Of a stretch of 64,000 nt of DNA, positions 10,860-23,107 are shown in pieces. The stretch's first letter is position 1; the number at the start of each line of letters is the position of its first letter. Source of the stretch: Camelus dromedarius. Taxonomy: Eukaryota. The position numbers were made by a program, and so were the translations under genes. The stretch covers positions 90,522,001 through 90,586,000 of the forward strand of contig NC_087437.1 of assembly GCF_036321535.1 (NCBI RefSeq), written 5' to 3'. A model generated the notes under the pieces. That model was not told where the DNA came from, ran no database searches, and worked only from the letters and a program-made list of their open reading frames with translations.

Positions 10860-11605
10860 TTGATTTATTATAAGGAATTGGCTCATGCAGTTACGGCAAC
10901 TAAGAAGTCCCAAGATACGTAGTCAGCAAACTGGAGACCCAGGAGAGCTAAGAGTGGAGTTCTAGTCTGAGACCAAAGGCCTAAACAAGGAGAGTCAATG
11001 GTGTAAGTTCCAATTAAAGTCCAGGAGGCAGAAGGCTAATGTCCCATACTGAAAACAGTCAGACACAGAGAGAGAATTCTTTCTTACCTAGACGTTTATT
11101 CTATTCAGGTCTTCAACAGATTCTGCAAGCTGGAGACCAAGGAAAAGCAGTGATATAATTCCAACTCAAGTCTGAAGGCCTAGGAATCCCAGTCCAAGGG
11201 CAGGGGAAGACCAATGTCCCAACTTTACCAGGCAGGTAGAAAGAGGAAGAATTCTCCCTTACTCTACTTTTTATTCACTTGGGTCCTCAAGGAATTGGAC
11301 AATGTTTGCCCACTTTGGGGAGGGCTATCTACTTTACATAATCCACTAATTCAAATGCTTATTTCATCTAGAAACACCATCAAAGTCACACCCAGACATA
11401 ATGTTTAATCTGGGCATCCCATGGTCTGTCAAGTTGACATAAAAAATTAACCATCACAGAGGGTAGTCCACTTTACTCAATCTGCTGATTTAAATGTTAA
11501 TCTTATCCAGGAACACACTTAACAGTTTCACCCAGAAATATATTTAGTCAAATATCTCAGCAACCTGTATCCCAGGCAAGTTGACACATAAAATTAACCA
11601 CCATA
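10786..11605 (-). mobile_element. MLT2-type ERVL LTR, composite of two copies, containing a (GATA)n run
   Basis: ccagagaaatagaatcaatagg ... ttataaggaattggctca ...; the terminus caagttgacacataaaattaacca(t/c)ca occurs twice (ending ~11458 and ~11605); (GATA)n at ~10824-10860. Confidence 0.85.
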
Positions 11606-11869
11606 CTTTTCATTTGATAATTATCATGTTGGCATCATCATCACTATTATAATATTTATGCAACTTTAGGTCTAAGTCCCAGGAATTAAAACTCAAAGGA
11701 TATGCCAAGATCTTGCCTAATGCATTTTGTTTGTTTTGCTATAGGTTTTCTTCTTTCTAACATTGATAGTAAAACCATCTATTCTTTTGCTGATGAGGAG
11801 AGGGGAAGGAGCTCAATAATCAGAGTATTTTCCTACACTATGGCTCTATTAAGATAACCAAGGATGAAC

Positions 11870-12410
11870 AGGTTTTAGTCTAAACTTTAGGTTGCAAGTG
11901 TCATAAATCCAAATCAAATTAGTTTAAGCAAAAACCAAAGTAAAATTTTTTAAAATATATATTAGTTAATTTAACTTAAGTCCATGGTTGGGAGTTATTT
12001 CAGTCCGCTTTGATCCAAAGGTTTAAGTGATATCATTAGGATTGTGTTTCATTTCATCCAAAGTTGAACTCTTATTTAAATTTCCTTTGTATTAGTTAAA
12101 GCTTAAGCTGGTTTTCCACACAGGTACGCCAGGAGGGTCAAGAAATTTCTAGGCTTACTCTATAATTATATTGAGGGGTTCCAAAAAGAAGAGCTGTTTC
12201 TTCATAACCCAAACAAGAGCCCTACTATAGCTAAGAAACAGCCTATCTTTCATTACATGCCCGTCCTTCAGTCACTCACTCTCTCTGATTGTGCAATGAA
12301 AGCAAAGATGTGAATATATGATGGATTAAACTATTTCACCAAAATGGGAAGAGGTCAATTCCTAAAATAAAGAGATGCTGTACAGACAAAATGTAACATA
12401 CGTCCAATAC
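11870..12410 (-). mobile_element. Old MaLR (MLT1-family) LTR
   Basis: ttagtc...ggttgcaagtgtcataaatccaaatcaaattagtttaagcaaaaa ... gatccaaaggtttaagtgatatcattagg. Confidence 0.55.
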
Positions 12411-14249
12411 AGAAGACAATAAAATTATAGAATGTGATACTGGAGGTATTATCTTGACAAGAACGTTACTTTGTTGCCTATGGTAGTTAGAAGGAAGTAT
12501 AAGATGAGAGTCTGTAGCATTTCACTCTTAAACAGTAGGGTACCAGTAAATAGTTATAAGAACCAGTAAACATCTTTCAGTAATAAAGTTCTCACTACTG
12601 GCAAAATTTAGAAGAGGATTATCCTCAGATATTACAAAGCCAAAAGATTACTTTTCTGCTTTTCCATGATAGCTCATAATACTGTGTATCTAAGTGTCAT
12701 ATCAGCTCTTGAAAATTAACAATTTAATGCTGATTAATTTTCAGCTTTTCTCCCCATAGTTTCCACATATTTTTTTACAAAATTGCTTAGAGTTACTCCT
12801 GTGCTTCTTGCACACATCCTTAGTCATTTCTCCCTTTGTACTTACCCTACAGTTGTCGCTATTAAATTTCATACTGTTTTTGATGGATGACTTCTCTAAT
12901 TTGTCAAGGTCATTTTAAATTCTAGTTAAGGCTTCTGAAATCAGAGCATCTTGACACAACTCAATATCACATTGGATGTGCTCTTAATTCCATTATCTAA
13001 GTTTTCAAAACACACACCCACATACACACACACACATCATGCGAATCCCAATCAGAAATTATACTACTACACTATTTGGTACCACAGAGATTATTATTTT
13101 TAAGGATTTGTACAGTAATTTAGAGCTAGGTAAAAGAGAACTAGCTTGCAAGCTCTTTACATTGTCTGGGATTTCTTGCAGAAAAAAAAAAATCAGTTCA
13201 GGAAGGCAGGCAAATACATACTATGTCTACAGAGTTTTATAGACAAGAGTGTAGGGTGACCAGAATTCTGAAACTTGGGATCAGAGAAAAGGAAATGCAA
13301 ACCTGAAGACCCAGAAAGAAGTTTGGATCAACATGAAAACAGAGATTTGAGACTACAATGCTCAGAAAAAGATCCCAAGCTCAAGACAAAAGCACAAGAA
13401 CTTGATAATGAACCAAATAAATCTTAAGTATGGATTCCTAGTTCACTTCTTGCTCAGAGTAAAGAAAAAATTTGTTTTCAGAATTTTGGTGATCCTGAGC
13501 CCTCAGATGGAGGCATTAGGTAGCTACCACTGCCCAGAATGTGTGAAACAAGGTTTGAGATCTACCAAATTCTAGATCCATGTTTAAATATCTCTTGTGG
13601 TTATTTCATTTTGTTCTGTGTTTGAACTAAATGAATGTATATAGATTATTTTAACTAACTACTTTTATAAAATAAAAATACATAACATATTACAAATTAC
13701 ACATAAAGAGGTTAGTGACTTATCTAAAGTCCCAGAGCTTTTTAAATAGAAAGAGAATAATAGTACAAAGTGTTTCTTTATACACAGCCAAATGTCAAAA
13801 ATAATATACTTCCACTGCAGCTTTGTCATCAGGTTTTTTTTTTTTTCTTAGTGGACAGTTTTGGCAAAAATTGTAAATAAGCTATCTCCAAAAATTTCTC
13901 CCTTATGTGAAATCCCACTGGAAGTTGAAAGATCACACATGGATTATTCAAATACATTTAGACAGTTTTAAAAATTATTCAGTCTAAAAATGCCCCACTT
14001 GATAATCAAGTTTATATGATTGACTATCTCAGCAACTGGCATCATAAGAATGAACTCATTTAGACCTCTACAAGTTGGTAATGAATTAGACACTAGTTTT
14101 TCAGTAAAGGATTATGGAGGAGAAGAAAGGTCTAAAATTTATTGGCATACTTTTTATGTGAGATGCCATGTATAATCCTTAACAACCCTATAAAATATAT
14201 CCAGGATGACTGCCACTTAATAAATAAAAATTCTGGACTTAGAAAGGTA

Positions 14250-14340
14250 TTTTTTGCATTTTTAAAATTTATTTTATATTTTTTAATTGAAGTGTAGTTG
14301 ATTTACAATACTGTATTAGTTCCAGGTGTACACCAAAGTG

Positions 14341-14394
<54 letters not shown>

Positions 14395-14736
14395 GTTATT
14401 TCACCATATATATGCACACGTGCACACACACACACACATATGTGTGTATACTTTTTCAGATTCTTTTCCATTATAGGCTATTGAAGTTAATTGAATATAG
14501 TTCCCTGGGCTATAAAATACGTCCTTGTTGTTTATCTATTTTATACATAGTAGTATGTATCTGTTAATCCCAAACTCCTAATTTATCCCTCTCCCCACTC
14601 CCATCACTTCCCCTTTCATAATCATAAGTTTCTGTTCTATCTCTGTGATTCTATTTCTGCTTTGTAAAGAAGTTAATTTGTATGTTTTTTTAGATTACAC
14701 ATGTAAGTGATATCATATGATATTTGTCTTTCTCTG
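14250..14736 (-). mobile_element. L1 3' end fragment with an internal (TA)n, inserted in a MIR remnant
   Basis: ttaattgaagtgtagttgatttacaata ... ttagattacacatgtaagtgatatcatatgatatttgtctttctctg; (TA)n at ~14345-14391; MIR-like sequence on both sides. Confidence 0.85.
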
Positions 14737-17700
14737 AAAGTTTAAACAACTTAAGTTACAAAGATAGCAAATGCCTGATCAATTTAACTTTAAATCTTGG
14801 GTATCCCCATTACTTCTTTTGTCTTTTATCAAACACAAGCAAAGAGAGATATAAGATTATTCCTACAAAATATGCTTTGTTCTATGTACACGTAGCCTAC
14901 AATAGGGAAATCCTACTGGGTAAGAATTCAGCACCATGGTCAGAGTCACACCCCAAAAATAAAATATAAAAACTTGAGCCCTGTTGGAGAATAAGAAAGA
15001 GATGGGAAAGTGTAGAAGTTATTCAAACACTAAAGTGATATTTTGCCCCAGCATACATTAGAATATCTGGATATACATTCCATAAAGTAAAAACCAGTAT
15101 TATTTTTTAAATATTTCTTAGTTGTCTCTAAAGACTTCCCAAGAAAAACTTTCCACAGGTTTTTCATTCAAAAGGTTTCTGTACTTAAAACATATTTACA
15201 GAAATGGCATTATCAAATATCATTTGAAAATGTCAATGCCTTTCCTTAGGCACACAAGGCTTCTATATTTTTCATTTTCCCACTTGTGCTCCTATTATTT
15301 CTACAGTACATATTATCCTTCTAACTCATAAACTAGGTTCCATGCTTTTATTACTGGTCTGCATTCCAAAAACCCTAGAGGGATTTTATCCTTACCTTAT
15401 ATTCCATTTTGCATCATTTAAAAAGAAAAATATGTTTCAAACTCCTTTGGACCTTCCAAAATATCAAAAATTCTTATGCCTTAATAATTATATAAACAAT
15501 TTGCAAATAACATATTCAACTAAAATTTCTAATTTGATAGTTCTAATCAATTCTCTGAAAGTGGCCACCTTTCTTTATTCAATATGAATAAAAAATAGTA
15601 ACAGAATCAGTCTCTAAAATCAGAATTATTTGATCTATTTAAATACAAACTAATATTTTTTTCATGTCAAATAATTCTGATAATATCATTCCCTAGATTG
15701 TGAGGTACACTGATTTAAATGAGAGTGAATTTTGCTCACAGCTACCATGTGTTTTGGAAGAAACAGCCTGCAGCTAAAGTTACCTTTTCTGCTGGCTTTA
15801 CATAGAGACAGAATTGTAGAATTATAGCTAATTTTCAGCAACCTAAACTTAACAATGTCTTGTATTAAAAAAGTTTATTTGTAATTTTAAAGGGAACTAA
15901 AAAATAATACTTTTTATTATAACCTGAGTTCTGAAAATTTTGACAGAAAGACAAAGGATAAAGCATGTCAAAGCATTAGCTTTACAGTTGGTAAATGATA
16001 AACTGGGACATTTAAGTTAGTCTGACAGTAAAGGGGGCCTGAGTGCCAGATTTTCACAGACTTATCTATGTCATCAAATGTACTGTGGTATTAGGGGCTT
16101 GTCCTTCCAAAGCAGGACTTAGGGAGAGTTTAGTGAGGGAGAGTTTAGCTGAGGGGGAGAAACCGTGGTCAGCCTAAATTAGATTTATGGCACTGAAATC
16201 AAAATTCTCAACAAAATAAAATGTCTTTTCCCTGTGAGAATTTCATTTCCAAAATGATAAATGGCCAACTTAATTATGTCAAAATTATTATTACAAAAAT
16301 TACTCATCAAATAGTCATGGCATCTCCATTGAAATAAACAGAGGCCACGAGTTTCTAAGTTACTGATTCCCTTACACAGGAAGACAACCCTGGGAAAGAG
16401 ATGTTTTCTAACTGATGTCATTATCGTAATATGTCACAGTTTTTTGTTTTTCTTTTATTGCTGTTTTTCTTTTAACTAGCTGAGCATCACCATTAAATCT
16501 ATAGCCAAACAGGGTTCTGACTCTTCCTTTGAGGAGAAGATGGATAGTACTTTTAAACAATTCTGCTCCCACTTTTATGATGCCAGGCTCCCAGTTGCAA
16601 CCATTACACTTTTGTTATCTGCCTGGGATCACTGAACAAAAACACATTAATTGGATCAACTGCAAGTCTTCACTAAGGCTAAACAGCCATTCCCTATTCT
16701 ATTTCTCACTGCAAATATTGTACATTCACTTAATCCAATATAGGCCATCTAAGCCCTTCCATGAAATTGAAGGTTGCATACTCCAAGAACAAAATACATA
16801 GATTCTGCAATAAAATACCAGCAACAAAGTGATGACTCAAATTTGAATATAATCTCTCTCCTATCATAAATTTCCAAAGGAAAATTAAAACCTCAAAGAT
16901 TAGGTCCCCTCACAAATTAAAGTCCTAAAATGTTAAAACTCAGAGAAATTGAAGTCCAAAGTAAAATTCTCTTTGTCCTTGCAATATTATATTTCAAATA
17001 AGTTAATATAAAATTGTACCCTTCCCAATTTCATATTCTATTCAATCTTGGATAGATGGATCTTAATGCTTGAGTTTTGGTCCTTCAGTACCTACAACCA
17101 GAACTCTATCTCTTGGAAATGGGCGTGATTCTTAGAGTCTTTGGAGCTGTACTATCTTAATGCCAAGTGTACAATGTCCCACTTTTACAGAGTCCGAAGA
17201 GCACATTAATATTTCAGAACATGGGACCTATACCTATCAAATGCAGAACAGAAGTCTCCACATCTAGAACATTTTCACCCTGGCAAAATCTTGTTCACAG
17301 AACTCATTTTTTAATGCTGTAAGAGACTGTAGCGTAGGTTTGGTGTTAAGTGAGTAAAGGTAGGTTTTTTGTTTTTTTTTTTATGGGTTCAGAAACATGA
17401 CTCCGATGTGATCTACATTTGACATTTCTTGAAATTCCAGCTTTTTGGAAGAAATGAGTATAACCTGGACTATAGCCTTCCTGGAATGACCAGGAGACAA
17501 TTTATTCTTTGTCATGTCTCCAAAATCGTCTGAACTAAAACATTCCTATCGAGTGATTAATCATGGAACTGTGGTTAGTTACCACATTAATTGTCATTTC
17601 CCTTCAAGCAAGGGGTTTCTACTAGTCTAATACTGACCACATGCAGACCACTCTCTCACATAAACAGGAATTTTCACTTCTGAGTCATTTCCACTGTTCC

Positions 17701-19207
17701 TTTCAGTGTGCAATCCTAGGCCTAGGGAACCTGCCTCCTAGAGAATGTTTCCTTTTCCACTTTGGTTTCAGCTAAAAAGACATGCTCTGCAGCTGAAGCT
17801 GCTGTTGATGTTTCTGAGGCCAAGCCCCAGAGGGGCCAATAAAAATCAACATGTGAGGCATAGTCTTTCCTTTGTTTTATTATTACAAACTTGAATAGCA
17901 TTTCACTATCGCTGCATTTTCTGCAGTAGTGGGCTAAGTGGTATTTTTGTTCTTGTTTGGCTTTTTAGTGTTTTTCCATTATCTCATTTTGTTCATCTAT
18001 TCTAGAAAACTCAAATGAAATAGGAGTCCATCCAGCCCTACATTCTTAGGTCTGGAACTCACAGTTTAAAGCTAGAACCTCCCTAGTGCTGCTAGCACAT
18101 GTGGAACACAGCTGCTGAGTAATTTTAAAGTAGCAAATATTGTTCTGCCAACCCTTGCCTAAATGGCCTGTGAAGACACTCTTTTCCTATAATTGTGTAT
18201 TTGCCTCAGCTGTGCCTGCTTACGAAGGCCTCTGTGATTTGCTAGCATCTGCCAAGGCATCTGGTAGAGCCCTGGCTGCCAGCATATATGCTCTAAGTGT
18301 GGTTTAAGATCAAGCTGCAGCCGTCTGTATCCTAAAGTCCCCCGTGTTTGGCCAAGACCACCCATGCTTTTGCTGAGGCCCACGTGGCTCATGCCTTTGC
18401 TTGCTAATCCTCTCTTGCAGCTGTCGTCCGCCAAGGCAGCCTGCACTCTGAAGCCTTTTGCTCAGTCCACAGAAGTTAAAAGTCTATAGTACACTGTAAA
18501 TGCCCTCTAGCCCCAAATAAGCCCCTATACATGCTAAGGTCAAAATGCCTTAGCGCAGAAGGTCCAAAGCCACATGTCCTAGCTCTAGCCAAGATCCTCC
18601 TCCTGTATATTTCCCCCCCCAAATTGTCACTTTTTAGTTTTGTATATTAGTGTTCCTTAACTCTGAGCCTGTTTCTGGAGTCATTGAGGGACTCCGTATT
18701 TATCATTGTCTTTCTCAGCTTAAATCTAAATTATTTATTCTACATATTTCTATTTATTCTATTTCTTTTAAATTATTATTATTAATTAATTCATCCTGTT
18801 TATTCTAAACAACTTATTGAGAAATAAGATATCTAGTAAAGTGTTTGGAAGCAAAAACAGTAACCTGAATACTAGTAAGAAAGAAGTTGAAGACATAGCT
18901 TGGTGAGGAAGATATGTGAGTATGTGTGTATGTCTGTGGAGGAAGGTATGATCAGCTACTAGTTAGTAAACAGAGAAGCAGCACCCTGAAGGTACTTCTA
19001 TTCAAAATTAAAAAAAAAGGATTTGCAACAGTTGAACATATCCAACTTACTCTCCCCAAATTCCACTGAGGTAGAGGAAGAAAAGGGGTGGAACATGTCA
19101 TGAATAATATAGTAATTGAGATATCAACAGCAAGGAAACATCTGGAATGCAGTAGAAGCATATCATCCTAAAACGAAGACTTTTAAAAATATTTTTCTGG
19201 AATGTAG

Positions 19208-19341
19208 GGTAGGGTATGGCTCAAGTGGTAGAGCACATGGTTGGCATGCACAGGGTCCTGGGTTCGATCCCTAGTACCTCCCTGAAAAATAAATAAGTAA
19301 ATAAACCTAACTACCTTCCCCCTAAAAAATTTAAAATAATT
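19208..19341 (+). mobile_element. Camelid vic-1-type tRNA-derived SINE with a 16-bp TSD
   Basis: A-box tggctcaagtgg, B-box ggttcgatccc, tail aaataaacctaactacc; TSD tttttctggaatgtag at 19192-19207 and 19342-19357. Confidence 0.85.
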
Positions 19342-22300
19342 TTTTTCTGGAATGTAGACATTTTTTCCCACAGAAAGTTCCATATGTATTTAATACGTTA
19401 ATCTCTCAGGTTGGTCCATTTTAACTATTTTAAATTAAAAAAAGTACCTGAAGCACAATAGGGTTATTGAAATCACTAGAGAAACTATCATATACAACAA
19501 TCTTACTTAAAAGCAATGCATTCTAAAGTGCTTTGGATACCATAAAATCCATTTTTTTCCTTTTTGTGGCTCTAACACTCTGGTGGGGTTCCCTCAAGTT
19601 TCTAGCAACTGTTCATAACACATGCCTGAGGGCTGGTTCTCTGGTAAAGAGGATGACAGGTAGGAGGGGGAAGCAGTAAGCAGTAGCTCTGGGGATAAGA
19701 GCTGAGACTCATATGGTGATTCTGGGGGAATGATGAATTGATGGGATAGGGAATAAATCAAGCAGAGAGGATGTCAGGGTGTTCATGGACAGGAATAAAT
19801 ATGGTAGATTGTGGAGTCCATTTATTTAAGAAAATGGTTAGTGTTGAGTATATGGATGATGGTTTCAAAGAAAAGAAAGTATGAAAGGCATTTTTCCAGT
19901 ATTTTCATTATCTTCTTCACCTGTCACTATCTCCTGAATTAGTTACCACTTTGGAAAAGTATAGTCAACAATGTCTTCAATATGGAGGAGATCTGAGGTG
20001 GAGGAATTTCTAGCAGAAAAGGAAAAAGGTTCTTAGAATATTTTGTTGGGCAATTCATTTACTTACTAGAAATGAGGATGTTATGACTGCAACAAACTAT
20101 TTCTATTAAATTTCATTTTATAACATTTAATTTTGTCTAGGAAGATCTAATAAAATATATATATAAAAGAGAATATTCTTTCAGAACATTTATAAAAGAG
20201 ACTTTTGCAGCAGCCATTATAACAATTATATGGCAATTGCAACATCTTTTAAAACTTGTATAGTATTACCAAGTGTTTTGCAAGTTAGATTAGTAACTGA
20301 CACATTTAAAAAAAAAATAAAAACAGAAAATCAAATTTTCTATCATTCAGATTCTGAGTTTTCTAAATTTTTACTTAACTATAACTTTGGTGCCATAGTT
20401 AAAATGCATCTTTTAATGCATTCACCAAATTGTCTTTAATTGCAAGCATTTTCCATGAATGAAATTCCAATTCTGCTTTCATGATCTTGTCACATAAACT
20501 TCTCTGAAAAGAAAAGGAAAAGGAAAATCCCAATCCCATCTTAAACATTTTTATTAAGTACAATTGCTATTTAACACCTTAAAATTACAAAATACTAAAC
20601 AAAACTCGAAAAATATATATTAACTTGTTTTCAGTTTTGTTACTGAATGGATAGCTTAACACTGAGTACCTACTGTCAATCTCGACTCACTGCAAGACAC
20701 AGAAAAAAATATATTTTATGGTAGATAAATGTGTTTATATTTAATAGATAAATAAATAGGATATTTGTCAGAAATTATGATAGAATGGTTTCCCTTTTAT
20801 TTTATTTGATGTTTACTGCAATAAGCAGAAATGCTCTCATTGTATTTTGTGACTTAAAGATATATTATTTATATACAAGTGAAATTAACCTTAATTATAA
20901 TTATGTTCATCTTGAAAGACTATATCAGAACTTGCAGTATATATCTTTGTATGCACATATGCTCAAACACCCTCTCCCCTCCCACCCCGCACACACACCA
21001 TACCCTGAATAGGAAAAGCCAACTTTATTAAAATGATAATAATTTAAAAAATAATATAAATTCTTTTGCTGAATTTTATATTTGAGTTTATTTCACAATA
21101 TTTTACTCTTAAAGTTCCTAAATTTGAGTCGATATTTATTTTTATATAGCTTCCATTAAGCTTTTACTTTTGTTATAAACTCTGGATTAGGAAAAAAATG
21201 GATTTCTTTAAATTGTTAATCTTTAATGATCATTATGCTCATTTCAAAGTAGTAACATTTCACAGCAAATGGCTTTTTAGAGAGCTTTGCCGATTTGCAA
21301 TTTGTTTTATCAGAAATTTCTTCAACTTTTATTTTCCCAATTATTCTCTTTGAAATTAAAGAACTGTATAATTGTATCTTCATTTCTTTAAAATAGCAGT
21401 TAAGACATTTGTAACAGTTTTCAACCATTTCCTACATTCTTACTCAGCATTTTATTAAAGTTACCTAAGCTTACATTATTAATTTTCTTTCTGCTTCCTC
21501 TAGCTGTGGTAAGAACCAATTCTGTTAAAACTGATGCGTGCTATTTTTCTCAAATTCTTTTTTTGCTTTGAAGTTAACCATTGTCTCTAATATACACATA
21601 AATATACAAAATATGATACATATATGAGACTATATACAAAACTATATAATACATGTAATTATGTATTTGGAAATATGTACATATATACATAACTACATAT
21701 ATTTATACACTTACTATTGCTAGATTGCCTGTACTCCCCTTATTGTGTGTGTTTTTTAAAAAGTTTTTAAGTCCTTTCTATCTCCCTCCTCCCATGATAC
21801 TGTGTAGTGTATCTTTCACTTGTTTCATTATTAACTTCTGACTATCCTCTTTCTTTAATTACTATTTTACTTCTCTTTCACAATTGCTCCATTTTAGTGT
21901 GTTTCTATGAGAACGTGTCTTTGGTAATCTCACATGCCCATTTCTTATTAAGTCTCTTTAGAGAAACTTAAGGATCTTACTCCCTCTCTCACTCTCTTTC
22001 TACCTATAATTTTACATATGTATATAATTAATAGATATATAGTTAATATATTCTAGTTCAAACATTGTTTATTGATAGCCTTCTTCAGAGGCAATGTGCT
22101 TAGGGAATTCTGGGTAAAATAGCCTCGACTGAAACATACCATGTATTCATTAACGGGGTTAACTCTGATGAAATCAGTTAATAAGAGCTAGAAAACTGAA
22201 ATACTTAAAAGTCCAGAATTTTACATGTATTACTGAAAGGAAAGCAAAAATTTTTGTATGTGCTAATTATTCTTTTAAAAAATGTTCAAATTGAACAACT

Positions 22301-23027
22301 AGAGAACTTTTGCAATTCCTACTTGCATATTAAAAATAATACACTGCACGTTTTCAACATAATAATTTTAGTTTCAGTTATTTAAACAGTTGATGAATCT
22401 ACATTTTTTAATATTTCCATTGTGTCTTTTAGAGAGTTTACAAAACTCAAATATGTCTCTTTATCCTTTTTCAGTCTCTGTTCTTATTTAAGCTTTCAAA
22501 CATATCAAACATTTATTTTACTAAGAAAGTTTATATAAAATACACTTTGCATAAAGCCTTGTACTGATATCAGATTATATTAGAAGTTGCAATCTGGATG
22601 TGGTCTATTTAATGTCTTATAATAAGGTTCTACTCAAAGCTTATTTTACTTTCCTATTCGCTTTCTGATTATTACAGCCAGTTTAGTTTTTCCTCTGAGT
22701 CTTTTATATGTATTTCTGTTTTATATGTCAGATATTTCAGAATATATACTTTACTATCTTTTTAAATTATAAAAGCACTTACTTTTTTTGACAACATCAC
22801 TCACCAAAAAGTCCATGTTCTATCCTATATTGCCAATATACTCCATCCAGCAGTTTGGGACCACACAACTTTTCAACCTCTGCATCACTTTCAGTGAGGG
22901 GTTAAAGATAGACATGAACTTTATACACACTCTCTTTCCATACTTTTACAATCTTTGGGCCCATTTGTTTCAGATAAGAAGGAAGAGGGCTACTATTCTC
23001 TACATAATACTTTATGTAAGCCATCTA

Positions 23028-23107
23028 TGTCAATGGTTCCCAAGACCGTCACCAGGTTTGGTGATTTGCTGGAAAACACACAGGGCTCAAAAATCATTGT
23101 ACTCATA
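23028..23107. mobile_element. MER21-like LTR fragment truncated by an L1
   Basis: tgtc...cccaagaccgtcaccaggtttggtgatttgctggaaaacacacagggctca resembles the MER21 terminus. Confidence 0.55.

Noticed and set aside
16121..16160. Short tandem agggagagtttag(c)tg repeat resembling a telomeric or CRISPR-like unit
   Set aside because: Only about 2.5 copies, no spacers and not TTAGGG; an ordinary local duplication.
19208..19282. tRNA gene
   Set aside because: A and B boxes are present, but the AT-rich tail, the TSD and two further diverged copies show it is a SINE head.
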